Assembly (NCBI GenBank): GCA_964577555.1
Contig: CAZNZM010000006.1
Coordinates: 37,501-69,500 of the forward strand
Source of the DNA: an uncultured archaeon
Lineage (GTDB): Archaea; Iainarchaeota; Iainarchaeia; Iainarchaeales; Iainarchaeaceae
Length of the DNA: 32,000 nucleotides
Direction: 5' to 3'
Position 1 is the stretch's first letter; each line of letters begins with the position of its first letter. This document shows, piece by piece, positions 1-8,111 of the stretch. The notes below the pieces were generated by a model that worked only from the letters and a program-made list of their open reading frames with translations, was not told where the DNA came from and searched no databases. The position numbers and the translations under genes are program-made.

Positions 1-700
1 ATTGCCCAAACGTCTGGACAACTATTTTTATTAAAGTTATTAAAAAATTTATTACTACTGCCGTTTTTTCTCTTGAAGCCAAATCAAAAATAGTAAAAGC
101 AAAACCTTTTCCAAATTCGTTGGTTTTCTTTAGTTTGGAAAATATTTCACTGATTTTTTGATAATATATAAACAATAAAAAACCAAAAAATAAAATCATC
201 AAAACTGAAATAAAAACAAAAAACACAATAGTTTGGTTAATAATATTCTCCAAAAGAATTAGTATTTTTTCTCTTATTTGTTCATTAAAAAAAAAGATTC
301 CAAAAAATCCTATTAATATCAAAACTACTAATGAAATCACCTTATCAAAAAATATCACTGCAACACTTTCATTCAATCCTGTTTTTTCCTTTAAAAAATA
401 CGCCAAGCTAAAATCGCCCAACCTTCCAGGCATTATAGAACCTAAAGCCCAACTCTTCAAATACGCTCTTGAAAAATCCTCTTCTGAAATTTCCAATCTT
501 TTATCAAAAAGAACTCTGATTCCAAGCTCGCTTAAAAAAACACTCAAAACAAAAACAACAAAAACAGGAAGCAAAAACAAAAAATCAAAACCGCTTAAAG
601 CCCTAAAAATATTTTCAACACCTACAAAATAGTATAAAAACAACAAAACTAAAACGCCTAAAATTATTCTTGCATAATCAAAAAATTTTTTGATATTCAT
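1..700 (-). CDS. Lysylphosphatidylglycerol synthase TM-region / UPF0104-like integral membrane protein, truncated at window edge
   Basis: Minus-strand open frame from ATG (698-700) running off the left edge. Manual translation begins MNIKKFFDYARIILGVLVLLFLYYFVGVENIFRALSGFDFLFLLPVF and contains KSWALGSIMPGRLGDFSLAYFLK, like the UPF0104/AglD-type W-x-x-G-x-x-x-PGR-x-G motif. Hydrophobic segments. Absent from the ORF track because it has no stop inside the window. Confidence 0.75.
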   Translation of the reverse strand, partial: MNIKKFFDYARIILGVLVLLFLYYFVGVENIFRALSGFDFLFLLPVFVVFVLSVFLSELGIRVLFDKRLEISEEDFSRAYLKSWALGSIMPGRLGDFSLAYFLKEKTGLNESVAVIFFDKVISLVVLILIGFFGIFFFNEQIREKILILLENIINQTIVFFVFISVLMILFFGFLLFIYYQKISEIFSKLKKTNEFGKGFAFTIFDLASREKTAVVINFLITLIKIVVQTFGQ

Positions 701-713
701 CCAAAAAACCTTT

Positions 714-2336
714 TTATCTTTTTACCTTGTAGATTTTTGTATCCTCGTAAGAATATATTTCTTCCAATACTGATTTTGGTAACGAGTTTCCAATCATTTT
801 TTCGTTTTCCCCGAAAAATACATAATCAATCTTGTTTTCAATAAGTATTTTCATTTTATTTTCTTCGCTTGTGTTGTCGCTGAATAATTTATTCACATTT
901 GTTTTTTTTTCAACCAAATTTGAAGTTTCGGTCCAATGCCCTAAATATGATTTGTGATGAGTCATATAAGGGATATTGTTTCCTGTTTTATAAGACGAAA
1001 TAACGTTTCCTTTTTCCTGTTTTGCAAGAAATTGAATTGCTTTGTAGTCAGATTTTTTCATGTAAGGGCTTGATTGAAAATCCGGGTTTGCTACATCTGA
1101 TATTCTTTTGGCAATAATAAAAGGGGAAGAGAGACAAATAATTATGATTAGTATTGTTGTGAATGCTTTGCTTATATTGTTTTTTTTTCCTAACCAAAAA
1201 AATAATGGAAATTTTGCCTCGCTGATTTTTTCTTTCAAATAAAATATGCCAAAAGTTGCCGCAATTGCAATTGGCAAGTGCAAACTGAACATTAATTTTA
1301 ATCCTTTGTCAGGATTTATTGCGGCTATGAATGAGCCTAAAAGCCAAGCATAAAAAAAATCTTTTGTAAAACCGTTGATTTTGCTTATTTTTCTTATTCC
1401 AAAAAAAGCCAGAGGAATTAGCAATCCATAGCCAATAAAATAGTAAAATAATGGTTCTGCTCTTTTCCAACTCATATATGCTTCAAAGCTTTTTGAATAC
1501 GCATAGTCGTTTAATGCAAATAAAAGATAAACTATTATAAGCCCAGCTGGAAGAATAAAAATAATCATTGTTTTGAAGTATTTCCAAGCTTTTTGAATGT
1601 CAAGTGAATCCATTATTGGGATTATTGGAATCAAAGCAAGGCAAAGAGAAAAAACGGCTATTGAAGCAGGGTGTATAAAAAATATGGCTATATATGATAT
1701 TAATGCGGCAATGAGAAATTTTGCGTTTTTGGTTTCAAAATATTTTTTGAGCAAAATGAAAACAATAATGAAAAGAGAGTATGCAATATAAGGCAATGGA
1801 AAAGCCAAGTGACCGAAAGTGCTGTATCCTAATGAATAATTTATGTCTGTTGAGGCTATTTTTTCAAATATAGGGAAAAATTTTTCTAATATGAAGAAAA
1901 ACCAGCCTATTCCTCCGCCAATTGAACATATCAAAAAAGCTGTTATCCTTTCTTTTTCATTTGTAAAAAAATTTTTGAGAAAAACCCATAAAGCAAAAAG
2001 AAAAATTGATATCACTGCTATTCTTCCGATATTAAAAATTAATGGAATGCTTATTCCTGTAAAATTTGAAATTGTTCCTAATAGTGAAAAATACAAAAAA
2101 ACATAAACTCCATTTTGTGGCTCGGTTGTGTACCTGTTTTCCATGAATATTTTTGGAGATTCTGCAGATTGTTTTATGTAAGAAGCATACAAGTGAAAGT
2201 CGTCCTGCCAATCAAAGCCAGTATAAATATACCCTGACGGTTCAAAAAAGTATCCTGTAAAAGCAGGCAGGGATATTAGTATAGCCAAAGAAATGCAAAT
2301 AATGATTATGGCTTTGTCAATTTCCTGGATTTTCAT
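714..2336 (-). CDS. Large polytopic membrane protein, probably GT-C-fold / GT39-like glycosyltransferase
   Basis: 540 aa ORF with many hydrophobic helices, an early acidic loop (YTGFDWQDDFHLYASYIKQ) typical of GT-C enzymes, and a soluble C-terminal tail. Confidence 0.6.
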   Translation of the reverse strand: MKIQEIDKAIIIICISLAILISLPAFTGYFFEPSGYIYTGFDWQDDFHLYASYIKQSAESPKIFMENRYTTEPQNGVYVFLYFSLLGTISNFTGISIPLIFNIGRIAVISIFLFALWVFLKNFFTNEKERITAFLICSIGGGIGWFFFILEKFFPIFEKIASTDINYSLGYSTFGHLAFPLPYIAYSLFIIVFILLKKYFETKNAKFLIAALISYIAIFFIHPASIAVFSLCLALIPIIPIMDSLDIQKAWKYFKTMIIFILPAGLIIVYLLFALNDYAYSKSFEAYMSWKRAEPLFYYFIGYGLLIPLAFFGIRKISKINGFTKDFFYAWLLGSFIAAINPDKGLKLMFSLHLPIAIAATFGIFYLKEKISEAKFPLFFWLGKKNNISKAFTTILIIIICLSSPFIIAKRISDVANPDFQSSPYMKKSDYKAIQFLAKQEKGNVISSYKTGNNIPYMTHHKSYLGHWTETSNLVEKKTNVNKLFSDNTSEENKMKILIENKIDYVFFGENEKMIGNSLPKSVLEEIYSYEDTKIYKVKR

Positions 2337-2408
2337 GTTAAATAATATTTTTCAATACACATTAAAAATACACAGTTGGATTTTTTTTTGATAAAATAAA
2401 ACTTTATT

Positions 2409-2725
2409 TTTTTGTCTTTGGCTTGGTTTTTCAAGCCGATTTTATTTTTTTTCAATTGAAATTCAATTTTTTTTATTAGCCAAATTTTTGTTTTTTTTTG
2501 TTTTGGTTTTGCGAGCTGTTTTTTTGTCATTTTTTTTTGCGTTTTGTTTTTTTTTTGTTTTGCAAGCCATTTTTTTTAGTCATTTTTTTTTGAATTATTT
2601 TTTTTGTTTTGGTTTTGCGAGCTGTTTTTTTTGTCTTTGGTTTTTTCTTATTTTATTTTTTTAGTTTTGATTTTTTTTGTTTGTTTTTTTGCAAGTTTAT
2701 TTTTTTGTCATTTTGGCTTGACTTT
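2409..2725. repeat. T-rich imperfect repeat array, unit approx TTTTGCRAGCYG-T(7-8)-GTCATTTT
   Basis: Recurring units at about 2409-2440, 2501-2538, 2556-2590, 2602-2640 and 2679-2715, e.g. ttttggttttgcgagctgtttttttgtcattttttttt and ttttgcaagccattttttttagtcatttttttt. Confidence 0.75.
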
Positions 2726-2825
2726 TTTCTTTTTTTGCCAACTTGGTTTTTTTTACACGCCTTTTTGTTGTTTTAGCTTTATTAATTTGTTTTATATTGT
2801 TTTTGTCATTGGAATTTTTGTTGTT

Positions 2826-3500
2826 ATGAAAACTTCTCTTATAGTTTTGACTCTTAATGAATTTGAAGGTTTCAAGAAAATAATGCCTAAAGTTAATAGA
2901 AAATGGGTTGATGAGATTATTGTAATAGATGGCGGTTCTACTGATGGGACTCCGGAATTGGCTAAAAAGATGGGTTATAAAGTAATAACTCAAAGAAATA
3001 GGGGTCGGGGAGAAGCATTCAGGCTTGGTTTGGAAAAATCAAAAGGAGATTTGCTTGTTTATTTTAGTCCTGATGGCAATGAAGACCCAAAAGACATACC
3101 AAAGCTTTTAGAAAAAGCCAATGAAGGCTATGACATGGTTATTGCGTCAAGGTTTGGTAATGGCTCAAAAAGTTATGATGCTACTTTTATTAGGTTAATA
3201 GGAAACAAATTTTTTACTTTGTTGATAAATATGCTTTTTGGCTTGCATCTTTCTGATGCAGTTAATGGTTTTAGGGCAATAACCAGAAAAGCCATGGAGT
3301 CTATAAAAACTGACGCTGTTTATTTTGATATTGAAATACAAATGACTATGAGGTGTGCCAGAAAAGGTTACAAGATTTCAGAAATTCCAACGATAGAATA
3401 CCCAAGAGTTTTCGGAAAAGGCAAATTGAGCACTATAAAGGACGGTTTTAGGTATTTGAAATTGATTTTAATTGAATTTTTCAAGGTTGATAAAAAATGA
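2826..3500 (+). CDS. Dolichol-phosphate mannosyltransferase-like GT2 glycosyltransferase (DPM1/AglJ-like)
   Basis: Conserved MKTSLIVLTLNEFEG...VDEIIVIDGGSTDGTPELAKKMGYKV...YFSPDGNEDPKDIPKLL...IGNKFFTLLINMLFGLHLSDAVNGFRAITRKA. Tracked ORF start 2604 is over-extended into the T-rich repeat region; the natural ATG is 2826. Confidence 0.88.
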   Translation: MKTSLIVLTLNEFEGFKKIMPKVNRKWVDEIIVIDGGSTDGTPELAKKMGYKVITQRNRGRGEAFRLGLEKSKGDLLVYFSPDGNEDPKDIPKLLEKANEGYDMVIASRFGNGSKSYDATFIRLIGNKFFTLLINMLFGLHLSDAVNGFRAITRKAMESIKTDAVYFDIEIQMTMRCARKGYKISEIPTIEYPRVFGKGKLSTIKDGFRYLKLILIEFFKVDKK

Positions 3501-4789
3501 AAAAGTCTGTTTGTATAGTTGGCACTGGCTATGTTGGCTTGACATTGGGTGCAGTATTGGCTGACAATAATTTTGATGTTCATTGTGTAGAAATAAATGA
3601 ATCGGTTGTCAAGTCTCTTAATTCAGGAGAACCTCATTTTCATGAAAACGGACTTAAAGCATTAATGAGGAAAAATCTTGGCAAATCTTTGTTTTTTTCA
3701 ACCAAATTTCCAGAAAAATCCTGCGACATATATGTGATTTGTGTAAGCACCCCTGTTGACAAAAACGGCAAGCCAATCTTGGATTATATTGTTTCTGCTT
3801 CGGAAGCTGTTGCAAAAAACATGGCTTATTATAGTTTAGTCGTAATGAGAAGCACAATTCCTGTTGGCACTTCAAGAAATATTGTCAAACCTATATTGGA
3901 TAAAAGCGGTAAAAATTATTTGTTGTCATTTTGTCCAGAACGTACTGTTGAAGGAAACGCTATTAAGGAATTAATGGAGCTTCCGCAAATAATAGGCGGT
4001 TTGAATGAAGCAAGTGTCAGAGAATCTGTTAATTTTTTCAAAAAAATAGCTCCAACAACAATAGAAGTTTCTTCTCTTGAAGCGGCTGAAATGATAAAGC
4101 TTTTGAATAATTCTTATCGTGACATGGTGTTTGCTTACGCTAATGAAGTGGCTCTGCTATGCGAAAAAATTTCAATAGACGCCAATGAAGTTATTAAAGC
4201 CGCAAATTTAGGGTATTCCAGATCCAACATTCCAGTGCCAGGGTTTGTTGGAGGCGCATGTTTGGAAAAAGACCCTTATATACTTTCAAATGTCGCTGAA
4301 TCAGTTGGCTTTAATCCAAAGCTTGTAATGGCTGCAAGATCAATAAACGAATTTTTGCCAATTCATGTAGCCAAAAGAATAAATAATATGCTGAATTCTA
4401 TTGGAAAAAATAAATCTGCAAAAATATTTGTATTAGGTTTTGGATTTAAAGGGAAACCAGAAACAGACGATGTGAGAGGATCGCCAACCATAACTTTGGT
4501 TTCAGCATTGAAAAACTTTGGTTACTCAAATATTTTCGGTTTTGATCCTGTAGTAAAACCAGAAGTTATAAAATCTCTCAAAGCTTTTCCAGTAAATGTT
4601 GAAGAAGGTTTCAATGGTGCTGATTGTATAATATTTGCCAATAATCACAATTTTTTTAATTCGCTTGACATTGAGTTTTTGATAGGCAAAATGAATAAGC
4701 CAGCAGTATTCTTTGATTGTTGGCAAATATTTCCGCCAAAAATTATTATTCGCAGTAATATAGTTTATGGAGGCATAGGTTTTGAGTAA
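3497..4789 (+). CDS. Nucleotide-sugar 6-dehydrogenase (UDP-glucose/UDP-HexNAc/GDP-mannose dehydrogenase family)
   Basis: Rossmann motif CIVGTGYVGLTLGAVLADNNFDVHCVEI, R-S-T-I-P-V-G-T, catalytic-Cys region GFVGGACLEKDPYIL, C-terminal domain GFGFKGKPETDDVRGSP. ATGA overlap with upstream gene. Confidence 0.93.
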   Translation: MKKSVCIVGTGYVGLTLGAVLADNNFDVHCVEINESVVKSLNSGEPHFHENGLKALMRKNLGKSLFFSTKFPEKSCDIYVICVSTPVDKNGKPILDYIVSASEAVAKNMAYYSLVVMRSTIPVGTSRNIVKPILDKSGKNYLLSFCPERTVEGNAIKELMELPQIIGGLNEASVRESVNFFKKIAPTTIEVSSLEAAEMIKLLNNSYRDMVFAYANEVALLCEKISIDANEVIKAANLGYSRSNIPVPGFVGGACLEKDPYILSNVAESVGFNPKLVMAARSINEFLPIHVAKRINNMLNSIGKNKSAKIFVLGFGFKGKPETDDVRGSPTITLVSALKNFGYSNIFGFDPVVKPEVIKSLKAFPVNVEEGFNGADCIIFANNHNFFNSLDIEFLIGKMNKPAVFFDCWQIFPPKIIIRSNIVYGGIGFE

Positions 4790-5771
4790 AATTCTTGTTA
4801 CTGGTGGAGCTGGTTTCATAGGCTCTAATCTTGCAAAAAAGCTTTTAGAATTGAAAAACGAAGTGCATATATGCGACAATTTTTCAAGGGCAAAAAAAGA
4901 CGAATTTACAAGACAAATATTTGAACACCGTAATGCATCTCTCATAGAAGCCGATTTGTCAAATCCTGACAAATTTTCCAATTTTGAAAAATACGATTAC
5001 GTTTATCATCTTGCAGCAATTAACGGCACAAAATATTTCTATGAAAAACCTGATGTTGTTTTAAAGACTAATTTATTGATGTGCATAAATGTCCTGGATT
5101 GGTTCTCAAAAACAAAAAAAGGCAAAATTCTTTTCTCTTCGTCTTCCGAAACTTATGCAGGCACAATTTCAAGTTTTGGGGGAAAAATACCGACTCCAGA
5201 AAACATTGAGCTTTGCATAAACGACGTTTACAATCCAAGATGGTCCTATGGCGGAAGCAAGATTGCAGGAGAATTATTGTTCATAAATTATGCAAGAATC
5301 CATAAATTTCCAATGACAATCGTAAGATACCATAATATATATGGCCCAAGAATGGGCTTTGAACATGTAATACCAAACTTTGTTGAAAGGGCTTATAAAA
5401 AAGAAAATCCGTTCAAAGTTTTCGGGCTTAATAATACTAGGGCTTTTTGCTATATTTCTGATGCTGTTGAAGCAACTCGTCTTGCTATGGAATCAAAAAA
5501 CACCGACATGCAAATAATAAATATAGGGAACAGTTTTGAAGAAATATTAATTGGAGAACTTGCAAAAAAAATCACGGCTCTTGCAAAATACAATCCGAAA
5601 ATAATTGAGGTTAAATCGCCAGAGGGAAGCGTGGAAAGGCGTTGTCCAGATACTAAAAAAATGCAAAATCTTATTGGTTTTATCCCGAAAATAAAGTTGG
5701 ATGAAGGGCTAGAAAAAACTTTCAAATGGTATTACGATTATTATGATAATTGCAAAGGTGAAGTCAAGTGA
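4782..5771 (+). CDS. NAD-dependent epimerase/dehydratase (extended SDR)
   Basis: TTG start after aggaggcatagg; ILVTGGAGFIGSNLAKKLLE, FSSSSETYAG, YGGSK, VRYHNIYGPRMG. Substrate unresolved; somewhat similar to UXS-like SDRs. Confidence 0.88.
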   Translation: MSKILVTGGAGFIGSNLAKKLLELKNEVHICDNFSRAKKDEFTRQIFEHRNASLIEADLSNPDKFSNFEKYDYVYHLAAINGTKYFYEKPDVVLKTNLLMCINVLDWFSKTKKGKILFSSSSETYAGTISSFGGKIPTPENIELCINDVYNPRWSYGGSKIAGELLFINYARIHKFPMTIVRYHNIYGPRMGFEHVIPNFVERAYKKENPFKVFGLNNTRAFCYISDAVEATRLAMESKNTDMQIINIGNSFEEILIGELAKKITALAKYNPKIIEVKSPEGSVERRCPDTKKMQNLIGFIPKIKLDEGLEKTFKWYYDYYDNCKGEVK

Positions 5772-7033
5772 ATATTAGCGATGAAGAAAAAAACTTTCTT
5801 AAAAAAATAATTTCCAAAAATCTGGCAAAAAAAACCAAATTTATTCCAGGAAAAAGCCAAGTAAAAGTTGGTTGGCCCATTTTTGGCGAAGAAGAAATAA
5901 TTTCGGTTTTTTCATCCATGCTGGAATTGCGCATATCCCAAGGTGAAAAAGTAAAAGAATTTGAATCAATGTATGCTTCAGAAATAGGAGTAAAAAACGC
6001 TATTGCCGTGAATTCAGGTTCTTCGGCAAACCTTCTCGCTATTGATGCTTTACTTCAAAAAGGCATGGTAGAAAAAGGCTCGGAAGTAATCGTTCCTGCA
6101 GCCACTTTTGCAACTGTTGCATCGCCAATTATACAGTTAGGGCTTGTCCCTGTTTTTGTTGATGTTGAATTGGATTCTTATAATATTTCGCCAGAAGAAA
6201 TAGAATCTGCAATCAACAAAAAAACCTCAATGGTAATGGCGGTTCATTCACTTGGCAACCCTGCAAAAATGGATAAAATAACAAAAATAGCGAAAAACAA
6301 TTCCGTTATTCTTTTTGAAGATTGTTGCGAAAGCCACCATGCTTCAATTTCAGGCAAAATAGTTGGGAGTTTTGGAGATATTTCAACATTAAGTTTTTTT
6401 GTAGCTCACAACATAACCACTGGAGAAGGCGGAATGATTTTTTCCAACGATTCCGAGTTAGCGGAAATTTGTAGGTCAATCAGGGAATTTGGAAGAAGGC
6501 TCAACCAATCGCCAAGGTTTCAATATGTTAATGACAAGCTTGGCGAATATGATGTCAGATACATTTTTGACAGGCTTGGTTACAATTTTCGCATGACTGA
6601 TATTGAAGCTTCAATAGGCATAGAACAATTAAAAAAACTCCCGAAATTCAACAAAGCTAGGATAGAAAACGCAAAATTCTTTTACAATTCGCTTAGCAAC
6701 TTGGATTCTTTGCAATTGCCCACAATAGAAAAAAATTCTGTTCACACGTTTTATGGATTTCCAATAATGGTGAAAGAAAAAGCAAATTATTCACGCAGGC
6801 AACTTGTCGATTTTCTTGAAAAATCAAACATAGAAACCAGGCCATTTATGGGAGGAAACCTCGCAGTACAACCAGCTTTTGTTGGAAAGAAAATCAAAGT
6901 ACATGGCGACTTGAAAAATTCCAAATTGATTTCCAAAAACATGTTTTTCATAGGATGCCACCCAGGAATAGGTGAAGAAGAAAGAGAATACATAACTGAC
7001 AAAATAAAAGAATTTGACTCTAAAAACAAGTAA
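5768..7033 (+). CDS. DegT/DnrJ/EryC1/StrS-fold enzyme, RfbH/ColD-like sugar 3-dehydrase with active-site Lys replaced by His
   Basis: GTG start. AVNSGSSANLLAIDALL, DCCESHHASISGKIVGSFGDISTLSFFVAHNITTGEGGMIF (His codon 6407-6409 where aminotransferases carry Lys), YDVRYIFDRLGYNFRMTDIEASIGIEQLKKLP as in RfbH. Confidence 0.85.
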   Translation: MNISDEEKNFLKKIISKNLAKKTKFIPGKSQVKVGWPIFGEEEIISVFSSMLELRISQGEKVKEFESMYASEIGVKNAIAVNSGSSANLLAIDALLQKGMVEKGSEVIVPAATFATVASPIIQLGLVPVFVDVELDSYNISPEEIESAINKKTSMVMAVHSLGNPAKMDKITKIAKNNSVILFEDCCESHHASISGKIVGSFGDISTLSFFVAHNITTGEGGMIFSNDSELAEICRSIREFGRRLNQSPRFQYVNDKLGEYDVRYIFDRLGYNFRMTDIEASIGIEQLKKLPKFNKARIENAKFFYNSLSNLDSLQLPTIEKNSVHTFYGFPIMVKEKANYSRRQLVDFLEKSNIETRPFMGGNLAVQPAFVGKKIKVHGDLKNSKLISKNMFFIGCHPGIGEEEREYITDKIKEFDSKNK

Positions 7034-7038
7034 CTATT

Positions 7039-8007
7039 TTACTCGTGCTCCAACGCCCACTTTATTGTTTCTTTCAATCCATAATCTATGTTTGTCTTTG
7101 CTTTGAAATTTATCAATCTTTCAGCTTTTTCAGTGTTGCACAATCTTTTCAAGCTTCCTGCGTTTGATTTTTCGTCAAATTCAAAAACAGGGTTTTTCTC
7201 CATTATTTTGGCAATTTTTTTTGCAAGATCAATTATTTTAATGCTTTCCTTGGAACCCAAATTTATTGGATCCGGCTTCGGATAAAGTTCAGCAATTTTT
7301 GCAATGCCCTCAACAAGGTCTTTTACATAAATAAAACTTCTCTCTTGTTGTCCGTTTCCAAAAATCTTGACAGTTTTGTTTTCTTTTATCCTGTGTATCA
7401 AACTCGGTATTACGTGTGATTTTTTAGGATCAAAAACATCTCTTGGCCCATACACGTTGAAAGGCCTGGCAATGCCTATTTTCAATCCAAATTCATCAGA
7501 ATAAGCCTTTGATAAAAGCTCATCAAACCTTTTGCTCCAAGCATAGCCAAACTTGGCTTTGTCAGGTTCGCCAGTGAAACCCAAATTTTCAGTTAAAGGA
7601 AATTCATAATTGTCAGGATAAACACACGCTGAACTAACGATAACAGCTCTTTCAACATCACGTTTTCTTAAAGCCTCAAGAACATTTGAAGTTATTCTTG
7701 TATTAGTCATAAGCATGGTGGCAGGATGTTCAAGATTGTATTGTACTCCGCCAACTATTGCAGCAAGATGAAACACAACATCAGAATTATTCACAGCATT
7801 AATTGCTGATTTTTCATCCAAAAGATCCGCTTCAACCAACTCTATCTTTCCTTCAGACAAAATATTTTTATCCAAATTGATTTTTTTTGTATTCTTGGCA
7901 GTTACTTTGACTTTTGCGCCTTTATTCAAAATATGTTCTGCCAAATGGCTTCCTATAAAACCAGCTCCCCCTGTAATAAGCACTTTTTTGTTTTTCCAGA
8001 ACTCCAT
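7039..8007 (-). CDS. NAD-dependent epimerase/dehydratase, similar to GDP-fucose synthase / GDP-mannose 3,5-epimerase group
   Basis: KVLITGGAGFIGSHLAEHIL, VFHLAAIVGGVQYNLEHPATMLMTNTRITSNVLEA, VIVSSACVYPDNYEFPLTE, YAWSKR, RPFNVYGPRD. Confidence 0.85.
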   Translation of the reverse strand: MEFWKNKKVLITGGAGFIGSHLAEHILNKGAKVKVTAKNTKKINLDKNILSEGKIELVEADLLDEKSAINAVNNSDVVFHLAAIVGGVQYNLEHPATMLMTNTRITSNVLEALRKRDVERAVIVSSACVYPDNYEFPLTENLGFTGEPDKAKFGYAWSKRFDELLSKAYSDEFGLKIGIARPFNVYGPRDVFDPKKSHVIPSLIHRIKENKTVKIFGNGQQERSFIYVKDLVEGIAKIAELYPKPDPINLGSKESIKIIDLAKKIAKIMEKNPVFEFDEKSNAGSLKRLCNTEKAERLINFKAKTNIDYGLKETIKWALEHE

Positions 8008-8079
8008 GTTAGCAATATTATCTGGCCAAAAATAAAAACATTAGCATATTGCAAAATTCTGTTGCTTTTTAATAATAAG

Positions 8080-8088
8080 CTTATAAAT
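8080..8088 (+). promoter_or_regulatory. Archaeal TATA-box-like element (CTTATAAAT) for a leaderless transcript starting near 8112
   Basis: cttataaat centred about 28 nt upstream of ATG 8112, compatible with archaeal TBP spacing if the TSS is at or next to the ATG. Confidence 0.6.
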
Positions 8089-8111
8089 TGGATAAGAATT
8101 ATTTGTTTTTA

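Noticed and set aside
2409-2725. Repeat array considered as a CRISPR array
   Set aside because: Units are imperfect, unevenly spaced and T-tract dominated, with no constant direct repeat, no unique uniform spacers and no cas genes.
2604-2825. N-terminal extension MFWFCELFFLSLVFSYFIF... of the GT2 ORF, resembling TM helices
   Set aside because: Hydrophobicity is a by-product of translating poly-T (Phe/Leu) sequence. The conserved enzyme begins at MKTSLIVLTLNE (2826).
2697-2993. Minus-strand 98 aa ORF with Lys-rich tail (KAKTTKRRVKKTKLAKKEKSQAKMTKK)
   Set aside because: Its N-terminal part is antisense to the well-conserved DPM1-like gene starting at 2826, and the basic tail comes from the A/T-tract repeat region. 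I keep the repeat as a finding but do not call a gene.
4526-4981. Minus-strand 151 aa ORF (MENLSGFDKSASMRDALRCSN...)
   Set aside because: Spans the junction of two conserved plus-strand genes (dehydrogenase and SDR) in antisense.
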